Shown here one piece after another: positions 1-9,585 of a stretch of 64,000 bases of DNA. This DNA comes from Leptonemataceae bacterium (GTDB lineage: Bacteria > Spirochaetota > Leptospiria > Leptospirales > Leptonemataceae), in assembly GCA_965227295.1 (NCBI GenBank), contig OZ245742.1:5216001-5280000 (forward strand). Reading direction: 5' to 3'. The position numbers and the translations under genes were made by a program. The notes below the pieces were generated by a model. The model saw only the letters and a list, made by a program, of their open reading frames with translations. It had not been told where the DNA came from and did no database searches. How positions within the stretch are numbered: the first letter of the stretch is position 1; every line of letters begins with the position of its first letter.

Positions 1-2
1 GC

Positions 3-365
3 CATCCCAAAATCAAAGAGATCATGCAATGGCACGCGGCCGAAGAGTGCGAGCACAACAGTGTCGCCTACGAAACTCTGCGGGACCTGGACAACGGCTA
101 TCTACTGCGCCAGTTGGGCAACGTGCTCGGACTGGGCATCATCCTGTTCTTCGTGCTCACCGGCATGGCATATCTCCTGACCCAGGATCGTCAGTGGTGG
201 AACGCGAAGACCTGGACCGAGTTGGGCGAACTCTTTCTCGGGAAGTATCACGTGCTACAGACCATCGGTGAACTCTTCGTGCATTACGCGCGGCCGGAGT
301 ATCATCCCGACGATGAGGACTATTCAGAGCTGGCCCGCCGGGTTCTCAATCCGACAACGGCTTGA
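3..365 (+). CDS. Predicted metal-dependent hydrolase, 3' part (5' end outside the window)
   Basis: Frame is open from base 3 (HPKIKEIMQWHAAEECEH). The WHAAEExEH motif and the C-terminal YxRPxYHP resemble the Metal_hydrol family. Confidence 0.7.
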   Translation, partial: HPKIKEIMQWHAAEECEHNSVAYETLRDLDNGYLLRQLGNVLGLGIILFFVLTGMAYLLTQDRQWWNAKTWTELGELFLGKYHVLQTIGELFVHYARPEYHPDDEDYSELARRVLNPTTA

Positions 366-382
366 TTCGACAACGCCGGCGC

Positions 383-736
383 TCAGAGCCGCCGGCGTTC
401 GAGTTCCTGAACGGCGTCGTCGACGCGCGGGAAGATTTTGAAGACGTCGTCCATGCGCGCCAGGTCGAGGACGTATTCAACCACCTGGGAAAGATCGGCC
501 AGGACCAGGCGACCGCCGTTCATCTCAAGGTCCTGGTGCAGGCCGAAGATGCGGCCGATGCCCGTGGAGCTGATATCCGTTACGTCGGTGAGTTCCAGTA
601 CGAACTTGCGCACGCCCTTCTGGCGATGCTGGTGGACCGCTTCGTCCAGGGCGGCGATGTGTCCGAGATCCATGCGCCCGACGGGGCGCAGAACGGCGAT
701 GCTTCCATGAGATTCGAGGCGCGATTCGATCTTCAT
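383..736 (-). CDS. STAS-domain anti-sigma-factor antagonist
   Basis: 117 aa with GRMD, VLELTDVTDISSTGIG (phosphorylatable Ser region) and VEYVLDLARMDDVFKIF. Confidence 0.85.
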   Translation of the reverse strand: MKIESRLESHGSIAVLRPVGRMDLGHIAALDEAVHQHRQKGVRKFVLELTDVTDISSTGIGRIFGLHQDLEMNGGRLVLADLSQVVEYVLDLARMDDVFKIFPRVDDAVQELERRRL

Positions 737-910
737 ATCTGAATCTTACATAAGATCGTCCTTCCCCTGTTTGTCCACTAACTTCGAATAGTCCCCGGCT
801 CGCGGCAACCACCGCGCGCCGTCGTCGAGACCGTGAAATGAGCCGTCGAGACGGGATTTTCATGGACAGGGATGCGCCGATCCCGCGTCTTCCTCAGGGT
901 CAGAGCGATC

Positions 911-2722
911 ATGGAACATCGATTTAAGATCCACCTCGAAGGCATCATCGAGATTCTCGCCAACCATCTCTACAGTTCTCCCGCGGTGTTCGTGCGCGAG
1001 CTGTTGCAGAACGCCGTGGACGCTCTCCGGGCGCGGGATGCGAATCCACCGAACGCGCGCATCGAACTGGAAGTAACCGACGGCGAACGCCCCGTGCTGA
1101 GCGTCATTGATACCGGCGTGGGGCTCACCGAAGATGAAGTACACGATTTTCTCGCGACCATCGGCCGCTCGTCCAAACGCGAGGCGCTGGAACACATGCG
1201 CTCGAACTTCATCGGCCAGTTCGGCATCGGCATTCTGTCGTGTTTCATGGTGGCGGAGGAGATCGTCGTCATCACGAAGAGCGCGGGCGATGCGGCCCCG
1301 GCCCTCGAGTGGCGCGGCAAGCAGGACGGTACCTACGAACTCAAACACCTGGAAGGCGACTTTCAGCCCGGCACCCGCGTCTACCTGCGCGCCCGTCCGG
1401 GACAGGAACATCACTTCCAGGCGGGTACCGTACGCAAGCGCGCCCTGCTCTACGGCAGCATGCTGCCGTTCCCGTTGATCCTGCGTCACGGCGAAAACGA
1501 AGAACGCCTGGACCGATTGCCGCCCTGGGAATTTCGCAGCAGCGGTGAATTCGCCGACGCGTCATCACTAAGATCTGCTGAGATGGAGTTTGCGCGCCGG
1601 GCCTTTCACGCGGATTTTCTGGACGTGATCCCCCTGGACCTGCCCGAAGCCGGCGTAGCGGGCCTGGCCTTCGTCATCGCACAACCGGTGAACCCGGCCG
1701 GCGAATCGTCGCATCGCATCTACTTAAAGAACATGCTCATCTCCGAAAAGCGTGCCGGTTTGATCCCCGAATGGGCCTTCTTCGTACAGTGCGTCGTGAA
1801 CACGCAGCGTCTGCGACCCACGGCGTCCCGGGAATCGTTCTACGTGGACGAACACCTGGAGGCCGCGTCCCTGGCAGTCGGTGCCCGCATCAAGGAGTAC
1901 CTGGCCGATCTGGCCCTGCGCCATCCCGATCGTTTTGAATCGTTGCTCTACGTGCACGGCCTGGCCCTGCACGCCACTGCGGCCCAGGACGACGCCTTCT
2001 TTCGAATCATGGCGCCGCATCTTTCGGTGGATACGAGTCTGGGTCGGCTCAGCATCGCGGAGTGCGCGGACCGCGGCGACCTGGAGTACGTCACCGATAT
2101 CTTTGAGTATCGCCAGGTGGCGCCGCTGGCCGCGGCCCGGGGAGCCTGCGTCATCAACGCCGGGTACGTCTACGTCCTGGAGTTGCTGGAAAAGTACCGG
2201 GAGTTGATTCAGCCGGACGTCGTGCTGCGTCCCGTGCGCACCGGCGAGTTCATGCACAACCTGGCGGAGGTGGACGTCGCCGAACGCGACGAGTTCTTCG
2301 ATCTCTTGCGCTTGAGCGATCGCGAGTTGCAACGCTTTCAGTGCCGCGCGGAAGTCCGGCGCTTCAGTCCGCCGGACATGCCCGCCGTCTACGCCCTGTC
2401 CGACGAAGCGCGGCGTTTTCGCCGGGCGCGAGAGAGCCGGGACCTGGCCCAGGACACGCCGTTCAGCGAGGTCCTGGACGCCATCGCCGGCCGGCAGGTG
2501 CACGACGGTTACGCCTCGCTCTACTTCAACTACGACAACGAACTCTTGCGCCGGCTGGCCGCGCGAGCGAAACACGGCGACGCCTTGATCGGCCACGCCG
2601 TGCGTACGATCTACGTACAGGCCCTGCTGCTGGGACACCACGCCCTGCGCCCGGAAGAACTGCGCCTGGCCAACGAGAGCCTGCTCGGGCTCATGGACAT
2701 CGCCTTAAGAGAAGGTGACTGA
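911..2722 (+). CDS. HSP90-family (HtpG-like) ATPase
   Basis: LYSSPAVFVRELLQNAVDA, DTGVG, IGQFGIGILSCF and GTRV GHKL motifs. Start placed at ATG 911 (MEHRFK). Confidence 0.9.
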   Translation: MEHRFKIHLEGIIEILANHLYSSPAVFVRELLQNAVDALRARDANPPNARIELEVTDGERPVLSVIDTGVGLTEDEVHDFLATIGRSSKREALEHMRSNFIGQFGIGILSCFMVAEEIVVITKSAGDAAPALEWRGKQDGTYELKHLEGDFQPGTRVYLRARPGQEHHFQAGTVRKRALLYGSMLPFPLILRHGENEERLDRLPPWEFRSSGEFADASSLRSAEMEFARRAFHADFLDVIPLDLPEAGVAGLAFVIAQPVNPAGESSHRIYLKNMLISEKRAGLIPEWAFFVQCVVNTQRLRPTASRESFYVDEHLEAASLAVGARIKEYLADLALRHPDRFESLLYVHGLALHATAAQDDAFFRIMAPHLSVDTSLGRLSIAECADRGDLEYVTDIFEYRQVAPLAAARGACVINAGYVYVLELLEKYRELIQPDVVLRPVRTGEFMHNLAEVDVAERDEFFDLLRLSDRELQRFQCRAEVRRFSPPDMPAVYALSDEARRFRRARESRDLAQDTPFSEVLDAIAGRQVHDGYASLYFNYDNELLRRLAARAKHGDALIGHAVRTIYVQALLLGHHALRPEELRLANESLLGLMDIALREGD

Positions 2723-2754
2723 CTTTTAGCTGTAGGATTTTAGCGAGGAAGACC

Positions 2755-3840
2755 GTGGACTATCGCCAGGAAGTGGAGGAACTGCGACAACGCGCCGCGG
2801 AGATCGGCTTTACGGACACCGCCGTCTCGCTCATGGAACGTGCCCTGGAACTGGCCGACGCCTCGGACGATCTGGACCTCCAATACGACAGCCGCATCGA
2901 CTACATACGCATCATGAACTTCTCCGGTTTCGCCGACCGGGCGCTCACCGCCTTCGCCTGGTGCGCGGCCCGCAGCCGCGAAGATCCGGGCAGGTTTCCC
3001 GAGGACGAGCTGTGTTTCTCGAACTACCTGGTCGCCTACGACGCCGTGGATTTTCCGGAGGTGCCCCGGCGCAAACTCATGGCCATCCTCCGGGACATGC
3101 GGGGCCGCTGTCTCCGGAACGGCTGGGACGGAGCCTATTACCATGCCGCGCATCGAGTCTTCTCCGCCATCGGCGAATCCTGGCGCGCGGAGGTCTTTTT
3201 GCGCCGGGTCCTCGATCAATGGCGGTTTCCGTGCGAAGCCTGCCGGGAGAACGAGGCGGTCGACCACGCCCTGGACCTGGGCGACAACGAGCGCGCCCTG
3301 CACGCCGGTCGTGCACTGATCGATTCCGGTAAAACCTGCGAGGCGGTGCCGCGCAATACCTACGGTTCGCTGCTCGTGCCGCTGCTCGAGTCCGGGGACG
3401 GCAAACTCGCCGCCGCCTATCACCGCCGGGGCATGGAGCTCGTGGGAGACCGCCGCGGTTCCGCCGGATGCCTGCCGGATCACTTCCAGTACCTGGCCAT
3501 CGTCGGTCGTCAAGCGGCGGCCCTGGAACTCTTCGAACGTTACGCGCGTTACCAGCTGGAATCGCTTGTCCCCGCGGATCGGTACTTCTTTTATAAAGAA
3601 GGCACCTGGCTCTTGCGCATTCTGGATGGCCGCACGGAATCGCCGACGTTGCGCCTCCGTTTACCGGAGTCGTTTGAGTTGCATCGCGCGGACGATCGCT
3701 ACGAACTGAGCGAGCTGCGCGCGCACTTCGAAGCGCGGGCCCTGGAATGGGCGCGGCGTTTCGATCAACGCAACGGAAACAGTGCGAAGGAAGATGCGTT
3801 GCACGATACCGAATGGTTGGATCGTCTGCCGGGCCGCTAG
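2755..3840 (+). CDS. Helical/TPR-like hypothetical protein, operonic with the HSP90-family gene
   Basis: 361 aa, 32 bp downstream of HSP90. Contains CEAC, TCEAVP and the C-terminal ARRFDQRNGN motif recalled from HSP90-associated partners. Confidence 0.7.
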   Translation: MDYRQEVEELRQRAAEIGFTDTAVSLMERALELADASDDLDLQYDSRIDYIRIMNFSGFADRALTAFAWCAARSREDPGRFPEDELCFSNYLVAYDAVDFPEVPRRKLMAILRDMRGRCLRNGWDGAYYHAAHRVFSAIGESWRAEVFLRRVLDQWRFPCEACRENEAVDHALDLGDNERALHAGRALIDSGKTCEAVPRNTYGSLLVPLLESGDGKLAAAYHRRGMELVGDRRGSAGCLPDHFQYLAIVGRQAAALELFERYARYQLESLVPADRYFFYKEGTWLLRILDGRTESPTLRLRLPESFELHRADDRYELSELRAHFEARALEWARRFDQRNGNSAKEDALHDTEWLDRLPGR

Positions 3841-3864
3841 ATCCAGGCTTCGCCCCGCCGACGT

Positions 3865-4890
3865 CTAAGCCGCCGCCAGGAAATCCCGGCCCTCCCGCAA
3901 ACCGAACTCTCCCAACTTCGCGGCGATCAACATCCGGGCCTCGGAGCCGGATACGTACGAAACCACGAACGGACGCCGTCCGTTCTTAAGTTCTTTCAGC
4001 AGAACATTAGCATCAAACACGGGCACGCCCCGCACCGACCGGCCGATTTTGGCCGGATCGATGTCGATGAAACCGGCGAAGCCCAGGCCTTCAGCCGTGA
4101 GCAGCGGCGAAAACCGCCGCCCGATCTTACCGGCGCCCCAGATGTAGAGCGGCCGGTGAAAGTTACCGGCGCCGCGGCGGCGCAAAAAGCGCGCCAGAAA
4201 CGGCGCCTTGAGTGCGTGAAAGGCCCGCTCGCTGTAGCGCGGATCGGTGCGCGTGAGGCGACGACCGTGATCGCGCCAGACGAGCAGAGTCCGCCGGAGT
4301 TTCTCCACGACCACGCCCTGTTCCAGCAGGCGCAGCCAGAGATCGTAGTCCTCCGGAAAGTCGCCGGAGCGATAGCCGCCGGCGGCGAGGAAGACCCGGC
4401 GGCGGCCCATGACACTCGGATTCACCAGCGGCGATTCCACGAAACGCTGAACCGCGATGTCCCGGTACCGCAGCAATGCATTCTGCCAGTCGACGTAACG
4501 CGCGAAGCCGCCGGCGAATTCCAGCGCGGAGACAAACTTTACCCGGGATGAAACTAAGCCGAGGCGCGGGCGCGCGTGCAGATGGGCGAGTTGCAGTTCG
4601 AAGCGGCGGCGCAGGCTGATATCGTCGGCGTCCATGCGGGCAATGAAACTCCCGCGCGATGCTTCGAGACCGGCGTTGAACGCAGCGGCCACATCCGCCT
4701 GATCCAGGGAGAGGATCCGCAGGCGTTGATCCTCGAAACGGCGAATCTCCGCACGCGTTTGCGCATCGCTGTCGTTCTCGACGACGATCAGTTCGAAATC
4801 GCGGAAGGACTGCCGCAGCACGCTCTCGATGGCCGTGCCGATACTCGCGGCGTTACGATGTACCGGCAGGATGACGCTCAGTTCGGGCAC
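3865..4890 (-). CDS. Glycosyltransferase family 2
   Basis: LSVILPVH, IESVLRQSFRDFELIVV, ARMDADD and EDYDLWLR, with a C-terminal Rossmann-like IWGAGKIG. Confidence 0.9.
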   Translation of the reverse strand: MPELSVILPVHRNAASIGTAIESVLRQSFRDFELIVVENDSDAQTRAEIRRFEDQRLRILSLDQADVAAAFNAGLEASRGSFIARMDADDISLRRRFELQLAHLHARPRLGLVSSRVKFVSALEFAGGFARYVDWQNALLRYRDIAVQRFVESPLVNPSVMGRRRVFLAAGGYRSGDFPEDYDLWLRLLEQGVVVEKLRRTLLVWRDHGRRLTRTDPRYSERAFHALKAPFLARFLRRRGAGNFHRPLYIWGAGKIGRRFSPLLTAEGLGFAGFIDIDPAKIGRSVRGVPVFDANVLLKELKNGRRPFVVSYVSGSEARMLIAAKLGEFGLREGRDFLAAA

Positions 4891-4898
4891 GGTGCAAT

Positions 4899-5747
4899 TT
4901 GAGTGGGGCCGCTTACGGGCGCGCGCTTTTTTTGCTTTGCGGAGCGTGCGCCGCGCCTTACATCGGAATCATGTATCACGCCATCCTGGGATTTTTCGCC
5001 TGGCTCAGCCGCGGTACGCAGCACATACCCATCGGCCACGTGCCGTTGAACGTCGCCCTGTGGGTCTTCGGCTATCTCGTCGCGTCGATCTTTCTTCCGT
5101 TGGGATGTTACGTCCTCTTGCAGGTCGTGAACGGGAATACGGCACCGCTCTTCACGGACCCCGACTATCCGCCGATGAGTTATCTCGAAGCCGGACTGTG
5201 GCTCGGTGTCGGCGTCGTCGCGCTGGTCCCGGCCGTGTTCATGAGCATCAGTTCGTATCAACGGCATACGATCTTTCGCGCCTTCGGTGAAAACGAACGA
5301 CCGAAGCTGCAGCCCACGACGTCACGCCCGCCGGGGGATCCGGGCTTTACGTGTCGCGCCTCCGGCACCTTCGATGCGGACGGCCAGGAGCCGCGTTATT
5401 TCCATCACGTTCCGGTGGAAACCGGCATCACCGAGGACACGGGTTACCTGGTATTTTATCTGCAAACCGACGAGCGCCCGGCGTTCTTCGGACTCAGCGC
5501 GGGCAACGAACACCTGGCGAACCTCACGCGCATGGCCACGGTGATTCCGGAGTCCGTCTTCAGTCTGTACTACGGCACGCAGTATCTCGGCTTCACCACC
5601 GCACCGGCCCTGCGTTTTCAGTATCGGTACATTATCGACGAGCAATCCGGCAAGACCCGGGACTTTACGTTGATTGCGGCCTTCGGCAGCGAGTACGATC
5701 GGGCGAATTACATCGCCTGGCTCCAGGAACTCAAGATCATCGGATAG
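4899..5747 (+). CDS. Hypothetical membrane protein
   Basis: 282-aa ORF with three N-terminal hydrophobic segments and a soluble C-terminal domain. Confidence 0.65.
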   Translation: MSGAAYGRALFLLCGACAAPYIGIMYHAILGFFAWLSRGTQHIPIGHVPLNVALWVFGYLVASIFLPLGCYVLLQVVNGNTAPLFTDPDYPPMSYLEAGLWLGVGVVALVPAVFMSISSYQRHTIFRAFGENERPKLQPTTSRPPGDPGFTCRASGTFDADGQEPRYFHHVPVETGITEDTGYLVFYLQTDERPAFFGLSAGNEHLANLTRMATVIPESVFSLYYGTQYLGFTTAPALRFQYRYIIDEQSGKTRDFTLIAAFGSEYDRANYIAWLQELKIIG

Positions 5748-5760
5748 TCGTGGTTCATGC

Positions 5761-6954
5761 ACGCCCCGAATCGTGGTGTAAGTTAAGGTCAGTTTGGATT
5801 AACACTCTTATGGGTACAACTGGTTCCAGCTGACGAACGGAGGTTGTGCCGGGGAATGTGGCAAGGCGGACCGGAACGGCGTCTTCTTCGTCGGAGACGC
5901 TGCGTTAGCTGATTCGCACAACCAGCGTCCGGGTCGAATGCAGCATTCTTGGCAAAACGACATACCACAACTCCCGCTTCGCTGTAGCCATAAAAACCCC
6001 TTTCCAATTCCGCGACTTACTTCATATTTCTCGCGGCAATCGTAACGAACCACGGCTCTTGAACTACCGGAAACGCGCGAGTAGTTCGCGGACGCCCCGA
6101 ATCGTGGTGTAAGTTAAGGTCAGTTTGGGTTAACACTCTTATGGGTACAACTGGTTCCAGCTGACGAACGGAGGCCATGCCGGGGAATGTGGTAAGGCGG
6201 ACCGGAACGGCGTCTTCGTCGTCGGATAAGCTGCGTTAGCTGAGTCGCAAACCGACGTCCGGGTCGAATGCAGCATTCTTGGCAAAACGACATACCACAA
6301 CTCCCGCTTCGCTGTAGCCATAAAAACCCCTTTCCAATTCCGCGACTTACTTCATATTTCTCGCGGCAATCGTAACGAACCACGGCTCTTGAACTACCGG
6401 AAACGCGCGAGTAGTTCGCGGACGCCCCGAATCGTGGTGTAAGTTAAGGTCAGTTTGGATTAACACTCTTATGGGTACAACTGGTTCCAGCTGACGCGCG
6501 GAGGTTGTGCCGGGGAATGTGGTAAGGCGGACCGGAACGGCGTCTTCGTCGTCGGATAAGCTGCGTTAGCTGAGTCGCAAACCGACGTCCGGGTCGAATG
6601 CAGCATTCTTGGCAAAACGACATACCACAACTCCCGCTTCGCTGTAGCCATAAAAACCCCTTTCCAATTCCGCGACTTACTTCATGTTTCTCGCGGCAAA
6701 CGCAACGAACCCGGCTCTTGAACTACCGGAAACGCGCGAGTAGTTCGCGGACGCCCCGAATCGTGAGTAAGTGGCGGCCAGTGTACATTAAGCCTTTTAT
6801 GGGTACGGCTGGTTTCAGCTGACGCGCGGAGGTTGTGCCGGGGAACGTGGAAAGCATAAGTCCCCGGCGTCTTCTTCGTAAAGATCCATCCAGCGAACCC
6901 GCGCCCCGGAGCCCGGCTCTATTCGCGGGGCGGAGCGGGTGCGGGTTCGCGACC
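5761..6954 (-). repeat. Tandem array 1 of the ~330-bp unit (about 3.4 units) plus terminal cap
   Basis: ACGCCCCGAATCGTG recurs at 5761, 6092, 6422 and 6751 (periods 331, 330, 329). Cap at about 6878-6954. The strand is arbitrary (element orientation). Confidence 0.95.
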
Positions 6955-8303
6955 TATAAAAACCTTCGCAAATCCTGACGTAGAGTATCAAAGCTCTGCC
7001 ACGCCGATCGACGCACGTTGCGTAACCAGCAGCAACGCACGCCTTCGATCCAGCCAAAAAACGCGCGGCGGTAATGCCTCGCGAAGATGCCGGAAAAAGG
7101 ATACGTCACCGCGTAGACAATCGCTTCGAACGGACCGGCGAGGACTGCGACGGCACCGGCGGCTGCGATCCAGTAGACTGGAATCAGAAACATGCCGCCC
7201 ACGAGTTTCAGGGCGCCGTGAAAATGCACGTCCCGAAAGAGCCGACGCGAGAGCAGGCGCAGACTCATCGCCACCGGATAAAAGTTAACGAGCCCCAGCA
7301 ATTGCACGGGAGCGAGGAGCATTAGCGCCAGGCCGTCGAGCAGCAACGTCGGCAAACCCGCCCGCCGTTCCAGGGCCGCTTCCCCTATGAACCAGGCGTT
7401 GCGACGCACGACATACTCCCGCACCCGATCGCAGAATTCCGTCGTGCGCTTCGGACGTTCCCGGTACTCTTGTTCCAGGCGACGCACCAGGCTCTGGTTT
7501 GCCGCGAACTCGGCGGAGTAGTCTCGCAGGGCTTCGCGGCGCAACCGGGATCGCTGCATTTCCCACAGGCTCACCGCGGCATCGTGCACGGCGTCCTCTT
7601 CGATGTGCAGGACGATCTTGCGCAGACGCTCTTCCAGATCGCGACGCAGTTCGTTCACAGCCGCCTTAGCATTCTTTCGATAGCGCTTACGGTACTCGCT
7701 GACATCGATGTGCGGCCCGTATTGAATCAACAACTCCGCATCGAAGCGAGTCGGATGATCGTACGACAAACCCACCGGCACGATGCGCACGCCGGCCTCG
7801 CCCCGGTCTTCGAAGCTCTGTTCCGCCTGCAGGGCGATGCGCGCGGCACCCTTCTTTAACGGACGCAGACGACGGCGCATGCTGTGATTGCCCTCGGGAA
7901 AAATCAACACCGCGTCGCCGCGCCCCAGGATCCCGGCACACAGATCGAAGGTCATCTCGTTGAATGCAAGCTTCTCGGCGCCGTCCCGGGTGCGAAAGAT
8001 CGGCAACATCTTGATGCTGTGAAAGAACTTGCGCAGCAGCGGTTTGCGAAAGACGTCCGCCCTGGCCAGGAAGGTGATCTGCTGCGGCGGAGTGACGGCA
8101 GGAACAAGGGCGTCGCTCAGGGCGTTGGAATGATTCGGCGTAAACAGGAGCGGACCGGAGGTCGGCAGCGGCTCGTGATAGCGGATTTCAATGCGCCGAA
8201 AGAAAAAGTAAACGGCCAGGCGCACCCACGTACCAAAGAACTCGTACGTAAAAGACCGGTGCGGAATAGAGGGACGATGCGGCGCCGCCGGTTCGTCCGG
8301 CAT
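6954..8303 (-). CDS. 1-acyl-sn-glycerol-3-phosphate acyltransferase family protein
   Basis: NHSNALSD (HxxxxD), FLAR and IFPEG motifs, with C-terminal TM helices. Confidence 0.85.
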   Translation of the reverse strand: MPDEPAAPHRPSIPHRSFTYEFFGTWVRLAVYFFFRRIEIRYHEPLPTSGPLLFTPNHSNALSDALVPAVTPPQQITFLARADVFRKPLLRKFFHSIKMLPIFRTRDGAEKLAFNEMTFDLCAGILGRGDAVLIFPEGNHSMRRRLRPLKKGAARIALQAEQSFEDRGEAGVRIVPVGLSYDHPTRFDAELLIQYGPHIDVSEYRKRYRKNAKAAVNELRRDLEERLRKIVLHIEEDAVHDAAVSLWEMQRSRLRREALRDYSAEFAANQSLVRRLEQEYRERPKRTTEFCDRVREYVVRRNAWFIGEAALERRAGLPTLLLDGLALMLLAPVQLLGLVNFYPVAMSLRLLSRRLFRDVHFHGALKLVGGMFLIPVYWIAAAGAVAVLAGPFEAIVYAVTYPFSGIFARHYRRAFFGWIEGVRCCWLRNVRRSAWQSFDTLRQDLRRFL

Positions 8304-9271
8304 TACGCGGCACCCTCCCGGCGCCGTTCTTCCCGGGCGCGGCGATCCCGCTCGGCGTGCTCCGGCGTGTACTTCCAGCGCCGGTGCAACCAGAAGTACT
8401 GCTCCGGATACTCCCTGATGTCCTCTTCCAGGGCGGAGACCCAGCGTTGGGTGTACTCGCGCACCAGCGCGTCGCGAGATTCGTATTGATTCTTTACGGA
8501 TTTGTCCAGCACGCCCAGGTCGCGGATCTTAATGCGAATGCGGCCGCCCGCTAAGTGTACGGCAGTGTACACTAAGATGCGCGCCCCGGCCATGCTCGCC
8601 AGCACCGCCGGCCCCTGAAACGTGGACGCCGGGCGATTCAGAAAGTCCACGAAGATGCCGGCCCCGCGGGCGTTCTGATCGGCGACGACGCCCATGAAAC
8701 CGCCCTGTTTCAACCAGCGCAGCACGCCGGGGGTTTCTTCCATGGTAAAGAGCTGAATGCCGCTCGACTCGCGGATCTTCTTGTACCAGCGATCGACGAA
8801 CTTATTCGAGAGCGGTTTGTAGATGCCGCCGCCGTTCAACACCCGTCCGGTATACTGCACGAGCAGCTCCCAGGTTCCGAGATGCCCGGTGAGAAAGATG
8901 ATGCCGGTGCCGTTGTTTTTGCCGGCTTCCATGGCCGCACGTTCGATGTCCTTCGACCCCGGCGTAAACTCCACGCGTTCTTCGAAGAAGCGATCGTTCA
9001 GGCGCGGACCGTAGAGGGCGTCCGCCGCCATGTGCCCCAGGTGACGGAAGTGTTCGCGGATCATCTTGCGGCGCTCATCGGCACTCAGTTCCGGGAACGC
9101 GTGACGAATGTTTTCGTCGGCAATGCGCCGGTGCTTGCGGGCGATGGGATACAGCATCGCCGTCAGCGCGCGGCCGAGCCACAGGCATCCGTCATACGGC
9201 AACAACCGCCACGGCAGCGTGAACCACCAGATAATGCAAAATACAAAAAAGTCGCCGATCGTCTTCAGCAT
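8303..9271 (-). CDS. Lipid A biosynthesis lauroyl/myristoyl acyltransferase (LpxL/HtrB family)
   Basis: GHLGTWE, VADQ and PEQYFWLHRRWK. Start placed at MLKTIG (9271), because the longer ORF runs through a REP-like repeat. Confidence 0.85.
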   Translation of the reverse strand: MLKTIGDFFVFCIIWWFTLPWRLLPYDGCLWLGRALTAMLYPIARKHRRIADENIRHAFPELSADERRKMIREHFRHLGHMAADALYGPRLNDRFFEERVEFTPGSKDIERAAMEAGKNNGTGIIFLTGHLGTWELLVQYTGRVLNGGGIYKPLSNKFVDRWYKKIRESSGIQLFTMEETPGVLRWLKQGGFMGVVADQNARGAGIFVDFLNRPASTFQGPAVLASMAGARILVYTAVHLAGGRIRIKIRDLGVLDKSVKNQYESRDALVREYTQRWVSALEEDIREYPEQYFWLHRRWKYTPEHAERDRRAREERRREGAA

Positions 9272-9358
9272 CGGGACATTCTGGGAATGACAACGAGGGT
9301 TTCCAGTCGAAAATCGAAGGCGAAGCCGAGGAGATAGGGAAACAAGGTGTAAGATCTT

Positions 9359-9483
9359 TTTGGGCGTGCCCCTCCGCGCTACGCGCTCCGGGTCGCGCTT
9401 TCCAGGGCTCCGCTTCGCTGCGGTCCTACGCGCTACGCGCTCCGGACTTGCGGCTGCGCCGCAACCCTTCCAATCGCTCACGC
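9359..9483 (-). repeat. REP-like palindromic dispersed repeat, family R1 copy A
   Basis: The reverse complement matches 21544-21719 and 52754-52888: GCGTnAGnGAT...AGTCCGGAGCGCGwAGCGCG.AGGACCG.AGCGA..GCGGAGCCC...ACGCCCAAA. Confidence 0.8.
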
Positions 9484-9553
9484 GAAGAGTCGAGGACAAT
9501 CATATCAAACCAGCCCATCAAAAAACCTCTCATCCTCCCTGTAAAATCTTCCC

Positions 9554-9579
9554 TCGGTACCTCGGTCCTCGGAGTGAAA
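9554..9579 (+). repeat. Short REP-like motif, family R2 (CCTCGGTCCTCGGAGT core)
   Basis: The core recurs at 15825-15840(-), 15935-15950(+), 17929-17944(-) and 18083-18098(+). Confidence 0.8.
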
Positions 9580-9585
9580 CCTTCT

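Noticed and set aside
5761..6954. CRISPR array or integron cassette array
   Set aside because: Units are ~330 bp and similar along their whole length. There are no short repeats with unique spacers, no cassette ORFs, and no cas or integrase gene in the window.
9272..9499. N-terminal extension of the lipid A acyltransferase
   Set aside because: It translates the R1 repeat (duplicated PERVARR) and has no family similarity.
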